Positions 1 through 12,325 of a DNA stretch of 64,000 nt are shown in pieces (the first letter of the stretch is position 1; every line of letters starts with the position of its first letter). The notes under the pieces were generated by a model. That model saw only the letters and a program-made list of their open reading frames with translations, made no database searches and had not been told where the DNA came from. Origin of the DNA: Iphione sp. A-MEVVRFRX5. Taxonomy: Eukaryota. The stretch spans positions 81,530,001 to 81,594,000 of the forward strand of contig OZ320315.1 of the NCBI GenBank assembly GCA_976226885.1, in the 5' to 3' direction. The translations under genes were made by a program, and so were the position numbers.

Positions 1-2897
1 TCGCCTCGTAAATTGCTGAGTTGGCATTTCTGTGACACGTTCCTACACAGATAGGGGTAGGAGGGGGAAAACACTTCCAGGGACCGTCTGGAAGGGTGAC
101 AGAATAGCCAATACCGCTCCAGTTGTGGCCTTGAAGCCCGAAGGATTCCGCTTAAGAGGGAACCAAGGGGAAACCATGCCACGCATGCGCATTGTAATTA
201 GTCGTGGCGACATTCTCTTTGTTGTCAAACAAATGAAGCAGATGAGGCATGGCGAAAGTATCTATCAAAAATTAATAATCTATTTCATCCGTAAGTCGGA
301 TCAATGTGAACGCCAATCAATTTTGTGAAGAGTTGTCAGCACCACATTAATACAAACTACCTTGCTATTCCCATATTATAATAATTCCCGTATTGTATAG
401 CACACGCTTCCCTTGGAGCAGGTCCAGACATCTACCGGGAAATAGAACAGCCACTATTTATCGTTGTGGTTGCACCTCTCCTCGTCGCTCGAAACTATCG
501 ACCCCCGCATCGAAGTCTAACCATCTTTTCCCCACACCCTCCAGCGAGAAACTCATCAGATCTTACCCCCGCCCCTTCGGCAGGCTGAAGTGTGCGGTTT
601 TACCCCCTGCAAACGAGGAGAGGCAGGTAGTAGGTGGCGTCTCGATAATGAACACACGGTCCTCTTTGCACGTCGAAAGCCAGAAAGAGCTTCAGATCTA
701 CTCACAGCTCTTCGAAGGTGTGTGGGGTATTCAGCCCTGAGAGGATGAGCAAAGAAGCCTATAAAGAACTTCTTTTAATCTACGATATTTCTAAAGTGGC
801 AAACTCGAGCGTGTGAAACGATTCAGATAATATTCGACTTCAACACGTTCTTGGATGAAGACAGCGGTAGGTTTGGGTGCGACCTCTCAGTCACGTTATA
901 CACATGCAATAGGGATCAGCTACCTCCACATGGAAGTGACTACAGACCTTACCTCGAAGAGGATTGGAAGGAGAAACGTATGTATATAAATAGAGTCCTT
1001 AGTGATTCACCGGAATCGTAAGCCGATAGGGTATGGTAGGAGGGCAACTCACCCCGTATGTAATTTGCATGAGTTAATCTGGGTTCAGCGCCCGCGGCTA
1101 AGATCGACTTGGCCACTTCCGATTCCTACTGTATTTCGCCGCATTGCCCGAGGCACAAGTGAACTCGCTACGAGGCAGCCGGGCCATCACAAGTCAGGAA
1201 TTGAGATCGAGAATGCTGTGGTGAAGCGCCACGAGTGACTTAGGCGGAGATAGCAAGAAGGCTGGTTTTGGATCGTAGTCTCTCATGGCAATAAAGGCTG
1301 ATACCGATTTGGTTAAGGCGTGGCCACAGTCCGGTACGCTAGGCCCAATCGGGAGTAGACCTTTCAATTAACAAGCAAGGATGTGGCGCCTTTTAATTAA
1401 ATAAATTACAAGAACAAAGAACAGAAGGCAGAAACGTTGAAGCTACAGGTACTTCGATCCTATAGCCTGGGTATTTGGACTAACGAAACATCCCTGTACA
1501 TGTGGGTGTATATGTTATTTCATCTGTATCAAACAGTCCGAAAAAAACTTAGTTTGTACCATGAGAGTACATGTACATGAATCTTAATGGAGGGGGCCCA
1601 CATTATTTAAGAGTTTCATTTTAAGACATTGACCATAAAATAACGGTTTTATTACTGTTAGCGCCCATTGTATGGTAGAGTATTGTTGCTATTTAGAATT
1701 GCAGACATAGATAATATGGCATACTGTCGGATGATGGTATCGTACCGGCAATCTGTGCATGTACCAATGCTATAATGTGTTTACTAGCAAATTGTATATG
1801 GAAATAATGTAATATATCATTCATATAAAGTTCAATCATATATTTATATATTTTTCCCAATTCATTTTACATTAATGGCTGACTACGAAATGTTTTCCAT
1901 GTCTTCCTTTTTATACATTTATATATGATTATATATAGATACATAGTATCATATCATAGTCTGTCATACTATAATGAAATAGGGTTATCCAATCAACCAG
2001 TACGTTTATAATACTAGCTAATCATGATTTATGATATATTGTCCACTATTTACTAAACAGTACCATACATGTACTGTGATTACACAATGTTCCAGTAACT
2101 GTAAAAATGACATCCTTAAATTAAATAAAAACAAAGTATAGTACTGTTTTTACATCAAACAACAAGAGTATTGGTCTCTCCCATGACCATTGATACAGTA
2201 GACGTGTTCTAATAAACAAAATGAGAAGTAATACGTTGAAAGGGAAATAACAAACTTGGCAAGTACACGTTATATATGTACCCTTCAGAAGAAGACTTAA
2301 ATGTGACGTATATATTCGCTCGGAAGGTAAATTGATTTCTGTATGTGGACACTGCAAGCGTTGGAGCAAACAAATATCCGCGTCCTAAAAGGGTCCAGGG
2401 ATGCCATGACGGATATTATTATTGCAAACAAACAAGATTTGGTTGCCGGCCTGACATCTCATTGCAGGTAGAATAACATCAGAGGTTCTTGCTTAAAACA
2501 CCGCACTTGTCGTGCCGCTAGCCCTTTGCAAACAGATCGATGTGGGCTCACAGCACTGACAAGCAGAAAGACATCCAATATCGGAAGTCAGCACGAGCGA
2601 ATGCAACCTTATATGATGTGGATTGGGAAACAGTGGTATTACAGTCCTTTTATGAGAATCGAATTCGGCCTGTTGACTTTCATCAGCAGCGTGGTTATTG
2701 AGCGATGATTTACGGTGTAGCAAATCACCTGCGACGAAGATTATTGATACACAATAACAGTTAAACATCGCCAACTCTGGTTGCTAAGCCGAAAGCTTAA
2801 TTTCCATTTGACTAACGAGGTAGAGAGTGGAAAGCCTCAACAGACGCGGGATTCATTTACAAATGTCAGCACAAATTGAGCACAAAAATATCTTTAC

Positions 2898-3023
2898 CTG
2901 TCCCGGCATTGTCTCCTTGAATTCATCCAGGTAATCCGTCACGGGAGGCAAGGCCTGATAATCCAAAGATATACCACGCATAAGATTGAGATTACTCCTC
3001 CACAAACGATGTCGACGGGACAT
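2898..3023 (-). CDS. Candidate alternative first or cassette coding exon MSRRHRLWRSNLNLMRGISLDYQALPPVTDYLDEFKETMPGQ
   Basis: It is part of ORF 2853-3110, with an ATG in gcaaatATGT context at 3023 and the donor CAG|GTAAAG at 2898/2897 (phase 0). A CpG-rich region and a (GA)n tract lie just upstream on this strand. Confidence 0.35.
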
Positions 3024-3341
3024 ATTTGCAGCTAAGTATGGCAGGAGTCGCACGTAGCAAGTCTTGCAGTATAAGCTCAATTGGCCAAGCGGCCAACAGT
3101 CATTCCGCACTCACAAAGCTGCTGACGTCTCCGCGTATGCTGGCTCAAGCTGTGTAGTAAATCACTTGGCAGTCCACGGCAGGCACAGAACTACATCCTT
3201 AAAGTGATGTACCGCTGTGTGCAACTCGTATCTTTTATCCTATCCTTTGCTGGATCACTTTGTGTTTTCCGCTCTATATTAGTAGCGTTTAACGGTGCGT
3301 TCATCAGTGTAATCTCCCTACTTCGCCGCTTCCCTCAGTCG

Positions 3342-3416
<75 letters not shown>
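3342..3416. repeat. (CT)n/(GA)n microsatellite, about 75 bp with one interruption
   Basis: Read directly from the sequence. Confidence 0.98.
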
Positions 3417-3419
<3 letters not shown>

Positions 3420-3420
<1 letters not shown>

Positions 3421-4320
3421 CCCTCTCTTTTCCTCTATGTCCCCGCAGTGTCGTTCCCTATAGATAACTCCAATTTAGCATCCGCTGTTTATCCAGTTAT
3501 CCCCGCGTGCCACAGTACAAATGACTGGCTGTAGGATGCGATGGGCCCACGCCGCCTCCACCACTGATGCCGCCCGTTGCGTTGCTTGCATACACGCGGC
3601 TAGCCCGCGGTCATCCTCGCCTCACCTATCAATGGCCACAAGGAGTGCAGGGAGTCGTCAGCAGGGGAACCCAGAAATGCTGGGGGCGCGAGCAGTCGCC
3701 AGTTCGAAGTGAAGCACGGACTAAGCGCGAAGCGTCTTCTCCGTTGGGCAGCCGTGTTCTTTCAGCGCTCACGCTGCTGCTATTTGGCGGGTGCCGGCGA
3801 TCGTACAACACGACCTCATTCGTCACGAGAGAGCAGCGCCAGCATTTCCTGGCACAAAGCTCTAACGAGCATACAGAGCAGAAGGACGATGGGTGCAATC
3901 TATGGGGCGGAACAGGTTCCCCCCCCTTTTTTTCTCTTTTATCTTGCCGCAGCGGGTTCGCCCTCATGAAATAGGCGTATACGGGCTAAGGTGAACTGGT
4001 CCACCTTAGAATCAATGTTCATGAAGTGTTCAGCCAGCTAAAGAGAACGATCTTCCTCCATTGTGCATGGGTGCCCGCTGGCCGGAGGGCGTGAGGTGCG
4101 GATAGAGAGGGGCATGCGCCTAGTTGGGAAGTAAGGGTGAGGGTGGGAGGGGTTATTATCGAGTTCCTTCATGTCGGACTCGCGGCCCTTTCTTATTGCA
4201 GCATCGCGCCATTTCCAAGCGGCTGGCTCCAGTTGACTGTAGGGGAATTGGGGTAGCGTGTGAAAAGAACCTGCAGGGCGGAGTACAGCTTAGCTGGGGG
4301 CTTAGCTGATCCGCTTTGGT
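3420..4320 (-). promoter_or_regulatory. CpG-rich patch next to the (GA)n tract, possible internal promoter or 5'UTR upstream of the 3023-2898 candidate exon
   Basis: Locally high GC/CpG without a convincing ORF; position relative to the candidate exon. This is inference only. Confidence 0.25.
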
Positions 4321-5911
4321 GCGATTTATTTATTTCCAACTCCAATATTTCCTATGAAGAGACCCCTTAACTCTTTTCATTATTGCACCCTTGTTTTGTA
4401 ATAAGTCCTCGACACAATGTCGGCATTACAGCCTTCCACAATAGTAGGTTTAGGTTGTCGCTGTTGTCCAGCATTCAAGCGGACGCTTTACCCTATGGGG
4501 CCGCTTACTACTGCTTAAATAGGATTGTGTTACATAAGGTACGAGTGCAAAGAGGGAAGTAGGAACTGGCAGCTGTGTCTAGAAAAGGCTATATCAAATA
4601 CTGCATAACTAACTGTACCGTCATGTTACTTAAAGATGCACATCGTTTCAACGAAGGACTTCAGCACATTATTTGGGAACAATCTCAACAGGTCATAGAT
4701 GTGTTTACTCATGGCTATTTTTTGTATCTCCATTACCTAAGTTATATGTACATGTATCCTTGACTGAAGATGTATTCACAGAATTGGAGTTGCTAAATGT
4801 TCTCATCTTGTGATGAGAAACAGGTCACAGGGTATGTTTTCCTCCGACTCGTTGGTAAGGTCTGTTCACTCCCTTGTGAAAGTATTGAGCCAAGACATTC
4901 ACAATTTATTTGCCTTGCCTAATTTTTTTCGCACAGTGATTACAGTCGAGGGAAAATGAGTTTCACTCCAGAATTGTCCGATTACCTCTGTGGGTAAGCT
5001 AGGTTCCATATTGTGAGAAGACTGTTCAACAGCATCACCGTGCTCTCAAAGACGTTCAAAGCCGGGGCAATCTGGTAGAAAAGGACGTTTCCCAATGCTT
5101 TATGGCTTCCAATGCTTGTCGCATTAGCACGGGACCGTCTGAATGTCAATTACTGTTCTTTTAGCCGACTTAGGTGTGCAGAAACAAAGAACGGGAGACA
5201 ACGATCCTGGCGACTAGACAAGTTGGTTCTCTGTTCTGCAGCCAAAGACAGTAACCTTTTTTTTCTCTCGGTGGGCATTCTTTAGGCATGCTCGTTTTTC
5301 ATCGTGTCTGTAAAACGGTTTTTTTCGCGTTATTTTCTTCATAAATGAATGAATGGATGCTGGCGTTATTGTCACCATCTCGAAATTCTTGTTTTAGTTC
5401 AATAATTTTACAGATAGCCCAGCCGATGTTGTAGCCTCAGCTAGTATGTGTTAAAACAATAACACAGCCCCATCGCTATTTGCTTCCGGTTCAAGTGTCC
5501 AATGGTATTATGGATACAAATTTACTTCATTGAGGCAGCATGTGCCTGTGTATCTGTGAAGCATTGTTTTAATTCCCCCCCCCCCCCCAAACTATTGAAA
5601 CACCCACCAGGCAGCATGCTTGCCAATTGCACATCTGTTCCTGAGTATAGGTCCCCCACACATGTCACGAACATGGATACACATCTGTGAAAAATTGAAC
5701 TTGTCCTATCTGGAAAACACACCACATGGAGATATGGAACATGCTTCATGTTCTACCTGTACATGGGTTCTACTATTTCTACATTTCGCCAAACCATAGC
5801 GGAAGCATGTTGATACTCTACATGGGTACACGGGTGCTTCGAAATTCTGTCTTATACAGGAAAAATAATACGAAAGGTATCGGGAAGGAAGGAAAATAGA
5901 GAAAGACCTAC

Positions 5912-5976
5912 CGGTTTGGGTACTGTGAGGTAACGCTGCCCTCGTCGACCAGTGTCAGAAACTTGTCGCCGGTTCC
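5912..5976 (-). CDS. Candidate 65-nt micro-exon; in phase with the 12325-12069 exon it reads (W)NRRQVSDTGRRGQRYLTVPKP
   Basis: It is a GC-rich island bounded by acceptor ttcgttacatttacag|G (5977/5976) and donor CCG|GTAGGT (5912/5911). The phase-1 reading is open. The phase-0 reading (GTGDKFLTLVDEGSVTSQYPNR) is also open and has more G/C third positions, so the frame is uncertain. Confidence 0.55.
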
Positions 5977-6629
5977 CTGTAAATGTAACGAAATATTACA
6001 AGAAAATGCATATTTTAGAGTAGACGATGATTGTACATTGTAATGTGATAGACTGCTACTAATGAAGGCACAGGATACAAGAACGACACCAGGGAAGCAA
6101 TAAAAGATTGAAATCAGGGCATCTTTCAGCAGGCTTCATGATTTAGTGGATTTTATATCTATCGCCAACTGTCGACGGCGTGTTTTCACATTTGAAAGTG
6201 TACAGATATTTCATATGTAGTCTGAATGTATATTACGATAGCACCCTAGTTATCAGTAAGTAATGAAAACAGATTCAAGACTAATAAAGAGTCACATAAA
6301 AGGAAAGATCCTTTCTGAACACAACACATGATTGCTGAATTATTATAAGATACATGTAAATTCACTGTTGCGCTAGAATGTCCCTATTGTGATCATCCAC
6401 CTTTTCCTGTCTGGCCAAGATACAAATTTGGATCGGCTGCATGACTTGTGCTGTCTAAATTTAACCGAGATAGGTATCCATTCTTACTTCATTTTGAAGT
6501 TATAAATCTATTTGCTAGTGCTAAACTGTGTCAAAACTTTGAATCATTTATAGAAAATTGACTCTGCATTTAAGTATCTTTTCATTAGTTAATGCGGGGG
6601 GACATCCCCACCTTTCGCTCCTTTTCCCC

Positions 6630-6790
6630 TTCTTTCATGAATCTTTAGCATAACTCCTGGCAAACCGCCACTAAAATTTGTCCCCTTTTTATGAATTCAA
6701 GACATTTTTAGCATAGCCTTGCATAAACTTTGCTGTATTTTCATAAATTCAAGGCATCTTTAGCACAACCTCCAGGAAAATTTCATTCCC
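6630..6790. repeat. Three degenerate copies of a motif (tt(c/t)at(g/a)aat...tttagca(t/c)a) at ~50-bp spacing, resembling subterminal repeats of a DNA transposon
   Basis: Copies near 6633, 6688 and 6739; no matching TIR pair was found. Confidence 0.4.
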
Positions 6791-8399
6791 TTCATTTATC
6801 AATGTGGAGGAACAGCCCCCAACACACAACCCCCTTTCTCTCTTTTTGGATTGTGACAGTATTAATTACATTGTGGATTCTTAGTAAACATATGTCTTTA
6901 TGTTTTCATGCAGTTCGTAAAATTGTGTCCATTTCTATCTGTCTTCATCCTAATGGTATTTACTTAAACGGCCCCTGAGCTTCCCCTCATTTGACTTTAC
7001 CCTCTTGACTGGGTTGGCAAATTGCATAAATGAAGGGAGGGGGAGGGGGTATAGATCCTTGTTGGGTGGTTTATGTGAAATAGACCACTTGTTGCAAGCA
7101 CCTCATGATTTATTCTACGGAAACTCGAGCTTTATCTACTAAACAACAGTATGTAATTGCTGTTTGTTTACTAGCTGAAATTAATGCCAGTCAGTCAGAC
7201 CGAAAACAATGCGACACAACAGTCACATACATTCAGGTGTGCTTTGCCCCTATCCAATCTGTTCTGAGTCTGATGTGAACTGCGGCGATAAGAGGAGAAA
7301 GACTCTCTCCGTTCAAATAGTCCGACTCTCAAACACTAAGATGTGGAGCTTTGGATAGCTGTTGTGTGATCCTCTAACCCGGGTCGGAAAAGAAGACTCA
7401 AAGCCTGTTTCTCCTATCCCATCTCATCTTTGCATGGATTCAACAGATAACAGCAGACTTATCTTCATTAAAATGGTGTGACATTTCCAAAAAGGTTTTG
7501 GAATACGCAATTATATGGTCATTTGTAAGCGATCGTGAGTAATCCTGGGGTAATTTGTCCAATCGGTTTTTGCCACTTTCGCTATAATGTGCTCCCGTAT
7601 GATTGTGTTAAATGTAGGTAGGGGGTGAAGGAGCACGGACAGGGAACAGCAGCTGCCGTCACCGCCATATACTTCTGCCCAGTCAAAGTAACCTGTGGGG
7701 TTAATTTATGGATTCTTTTGTTCTCTCTACGTTTTCCTTTTTTCTTTATACAAGTGTTCATGTATTGTGAGCACAGAGGCATACTTATACTCGAGAATCC
7801 CATCGGCTTCTAACTACGTAATGGGGTCGAGAAGTAACTTCTTTATGTCAAGGATACATAAAGAAATAGCCAAAGTTATTAAGTATAACAGGTTGTGAGG
7901 TATATGTGCTTGCGGCGATTTGAACGGAAGTTTATACTAAGCGGTATTGCTCTTAATCCCAGTCAGTCATTGTCACTAGATCTCTAAAGTCGATATATAA
8001 GCGCATTTATGTACAGAAGCAGCAGTACAAATTCCAGCCATCATTGGCGCTATGGACCTGTTGTGAAGACACTGAAAGCGCCACTCGTCTCGTGAGGCTA
8101 AATACTGGTGCGGAATCGCTATAGTTGATGTGACATCGAAGAGGGCATAAATGTCCTGCCTTTCCGTGCGTGTGCTGACTTACCCGTCCGCAGCAGACGG
8201 CGTTAGAGACACACTATACCAGTCATAGATCAGTCTATGGTTGGTTCCCTAACGATCAGCAGGCAGTAATCTATAGCCTGCCGCTGATTGTCGAAACAGT
8301 GCGATAGTGCAGAGGACCTGGTCTCTAATTTAGGCCGCAGCCAGGCGTCAGACTGATGCGTTTATAAAAGCAATAAGGCACGTTCCCTTATCTAACTAG

Positions 8400-9750
8400 C
8401 AGGAATGGCTGGAGGCTTCGCATAGCGGTCCATGATTATAGTAGTGCATGCCACCATCATTAATCATTTTTTGTCCTCTTTATTTCGTGGTAGCTGCACT
8501 ACAATAAAAAAAGGCCTACGTGAAGCTAAGCCTATGCACTGCCTCTGCCCGTTACTTAATCCAAACAGGCATATCTTATCTATTATAGCAACAGAGTTAC
8601 TAAAACGTGAGCTGTACATGCTACATGCCCTGCTGGAAGTGTGCTACGGTAGCAAATACGCTATTTCTTTCACTCCTATGCCACTCCCAGGGGCCCTCAT
8701 CAACTAAAATACATTCGACTGCATAATGGCCTCCTCCCTAGAGATGAATTAAACGGATCTCAGGGGATAGGAAGATGGTGGGCATTCCAATATTTGTGAT
8801 GCTGATGGCTAGATGGAGTCCCTCTATCACTCAATCAATTTTAACGTTAATAGATGTTAACATCACTGCAGTGTTAAAGAGGCCTCCTTTCTGCCTGTTA
8901 TGGTCAGATAAGGAGAGTATTATCCATGGTAGTGACTTAACTGAACGTTTCAGTATTCTATTTGTACGAGGGATCAATCAGTTTACTCCGGGACAGTTTG
9001 TTGAAGGCCAAATACATGGATCTACTATCTAGGTATTTTTGTCATTCCCAGTAATTGTGTGTCTGGTTGCGGTACGGGAGTTGTTCAATACAGGTAGCCA
9101 TAACGTTCACATTTGAGAGAACCATTCACTAAATACCTTGCATTCAAATGTACACACGAGTCATGTTAACGGCATTCATCACACGCATGTTCTGCATTGA
9201 GAAAACTACTTTCGACCCACATTTGGATGTTTGTATTTATTCAAATAACGAAATAATTGAGGAGAATATTCTGTCTGCAAGTCACTTGTAATGATCCCTT
9301 TATCACAGTTTAAACGAATATGGTCATGAAACAATATCTGATGAAATCTATAGAAGGTCTAGGTTTTTGCAATCAATGACGGCATCAGGATTCATGGACA
9401 ATTGCAGGAAAATAATAGATATTCTGGTCCGAAATCTGGCAATGGAAAAATACATCAGGTCAAGTATATTCTATGGACATTGATATAAGCATTTCTATGC
9501 AGACTAAACAACTATCTCTGTGTTCCCCAGTAACATTGCATGAGGACAATTTCCTGTTGTTTACTTTGTGCAGGGGACAGATAAGTGATGCATACAGTCC
9601 ACATAGTTGGTCCTGTCGAACTAATTTACCTAATCTATGCCAGCTACACATCGATTTGGCAAATATTGATTCCAGAAGTAATATCTGATAGGCGTACCTG
9701 ACCAACACATCTGTTATATTCATGGTTATCGCTACATCGTACGCAAGCAA
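8400..9750 (+). mobile_element. Possible highly decayed LINE ORF2 remnant
   Basis: Only scattered resemblances: YLG near 9030, and SLCSPVTLHEDNFLLFTLC near 9510-9575, which resembles the C-terminal C..C...EDE.HF...C motif of some LINEs. There are many stops, and boundaries are approximate. Confidence 0.25.
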
Positions 9751-12068
9751 CCTCATGGAATAATTATGATCACGGGAGGAAGTTTGTGCTTTCCTACTCA
9801 GCGAGTTCCTTTTTAATTTTCACGATAACAACACTCGCTTGTTATAACGAAGGTCAATATTTGTGATGCGTCTGAATTGCGTCATTTCTTGGGAATTATG
9901 CCCGTCTCTAGGGCGTAATCCAGGACATATTGCGATATTCAGATCTCGGACACCTATATTGTCGGCGTAAAACCCTCGATTTATTGCATGGTTGGTCTAC
10001 AGGTGGGAAGCGTACAGATATTGCTCGATACACCCGCACCTGCAATCACGTATAATCAAGCGGGAACTAAACAATAAATAACAAGGGTTATGGCCACAAT
10101 CCTTCCTTCTTGGTGTGCTTGATGCCAGAAACGGGATATTTGATGATAAGGTAATATTTGCTCGGGTTGCGAGTCAACGTGTTAATCAGAAAGATCGCCT
10201 GTTTTTCATCTCTTCCGTATGTACGTTCTTCAATTTTCCAACGTAAAACTTCAACCCTTTCTCTCATTTGTCCACAAGCTCAAATTTCTATGTTTCTGAA
10301 AACAAGTCTGTTACCCTGATTGATGTGAACAATGTGTTTAAAAACACATTTTGGAGGCAAAAATGGCTACAGAAAATCGGGAAGGAGATCGCGTGCACTC
10401 GTAGTGTACCGAAATCAATACCGGCATTCTTGATGGCGAAAACCCTATCAGGTGAGAAGAAAATGTGCCCTGCGCTGAACCTACAAAAATGGTTCGATGC
10501 TTAAATTGGGATTCGTAATCTCAGAACAAATTAAACTCAAACTCATGACTCCCTGCAGGCGGATTTCAATATTTCTACCGAAGTATGAAACTCAGTTTCT
10601 TCTGTGTAACTGCTCAGTTAATATTCGAGTAGGCTGGGTTCAGAATACTGGTCGCAATCTGTTATTTGCTGATGGAATTTTGAAAGTGATGCTCACGCAA
10701 GCTTGCTTAGTCATTAGGACTAAGAAGAAAAATATCCATCAAAGCGAATCCTGCTAACATTAGACACAATGAGCTTTTCGCCACCAGGTTCTCGCCTGAG
10801 TTTTGACCTTCTTTGTTTAAGCGTGATTCTTGAACTTTGCCATATACTGGAGGCCAAACAAACCTGATGCTACCTTGGGTTAATAATTCAAGCGGCTTGA
10901 TTTAAAGAGCATTTGCCTGTGATCGGTGAAGGCTGCAAAAGGCTATTTCAAAGCGGATATATTCAATGTATCTTCGTTAAACTAGTTGATGTTTTTATTT
11001 TTCTAAATCCATATACAGCTCAAAGTAGACCAACACTTGTTTTCATTACTTGGTTGATATTGATTCTTGGTGTAACTACACAGTGAGGTACAGTGTTGTC
11101 AAATGAGACATATTAATGAAGTGCCATTCACGAAAGAAAATTCATACTTCGCGAGAAAGTAGGCTACTGGTTTAATCCTCAGGTCATTTAATTCCATTTT
11201 TGGAATATATCTTATTAGTATTTGGCACCCATCAGCTTCCAATCAATGTCATTAGGAAATGGCGCAAGAGAGTTAAATAGAAGTAAACCATGGGAACTAT
11301 CCAATGTGTTGGAATTAACATCATATGTATTTTTTTCGTTATATCAAATACAACTTTACATACACAATAGTTTTACCTCTCAAATATTGTCCTGCCTCCA
11401 GTCCTATCTCAGGTCATACTACATGTCTAGTTATGGTGCAGTGACAATTCTTGCTGCCATGATTCAGTGTTTGGTTTTAGGTCAGTCATGTCCTAAAGAT
11501 AACAGTCTAGGGACAGACCCAAATTCTGATGTTGATAACTAATTCTGCTCTGTTTGTTTATCCCTCTTGTCACTAATACCGAAAGGGAGAGGCCTCATTG
11601 CTATATACAACTTTTCTACCTACAATAGCTGATTTATTTCCACTGGTCCTGTCCCTGTTTTGGAGTACAGCTGAATTTAGTTGAACTCTAACAAAAAAGC
11701 ATATGTTGCAACTGGTGAGGAAGGGCAACTATTCAAGCAACGGCGGTGATGGCAGTAGTGGTGGTAGTAGTGGAGTATAACCCCCCGCACCCCCCGCTGC
11801 AGTAGAAGGCTATTTGTACGGGTCCGAATGATCCAAAGAATTATGTGCTTTTTATTTATTTCTTAGTTACATATAAAAGTCACGATCCATTGAATTCTAT
11901 CACTATTTAGAACAGAGACTTAGCCAGTAGAACAACATGCAAGGAGATCAAATAAACTCAAAGATCGGAGTTGGTAAACAGGCCAACAGAGAGTAAGAGG
12001 GCAAAGGGAAAGCGGGACTGAGCAATGAATTGAGAGGATAATATGTGGAAGAAGCTGTTGACACTTAC

Positions 12069-12325
12069 ACCTGGTGTCCTGACCGTCCGCCGTAGAGGTG
12101 ATAATAAGCTCGGGCACCGACTGGCCCTGCGACAACCACGGCACAGGCGACACACGCGGCGAAGACAACGTGTCGGAACGCTCACCCAAGTCGCTGCTAG
12201 AGGGCGTGTCGATCTCCGGAAACCCAGGACCGTTACCGATGATTCGAGCGTAGCGCGGATAAACGCCGGGAGGGGGAGACACCAGACTGTCGGCGCGGTA
12301 GGTTCGCTCTTGAAGGGGGCCCTCA
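12069..12325 (-). CDS. Internal coding exon (257 nt): (G)EGPLQERTYRADSLVSPPPGVYPRY...SVPELIITSTADGQDTR
   Basis: The acceptor atcactttcag|T starts in phase 2, matching the phase-2 end of the 38316-37029 exon. It has 85 open codons with mostly G/C third positions and the donor AGGT|GTAAGT at 12069/12068 (phase 1). An alternative acceptor ttctcgcag| at 12360/12359 is also present. Confidence 0.72.

Noticed and set aside
1-1250. Short ORFs and motif-like snippets (KLIGVHID on minus; IIFDFNTF on plus) suggesting a LINE or DNA-polymerase relic
   Set aside because: These are single short motifs with stops in all frames and no second supporting motif.
2500-2710. LYDVDWETV resembling the LINE endonuclease-RT linker
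   Set aside because: The motif is isolated and cannot be distinguished from chance.
11222-11542. 106-aa ORF with LQSYL and CPKDNSLG faintly like RT motifs
   Set aside because: Too divergent, and no YADD motif follows.
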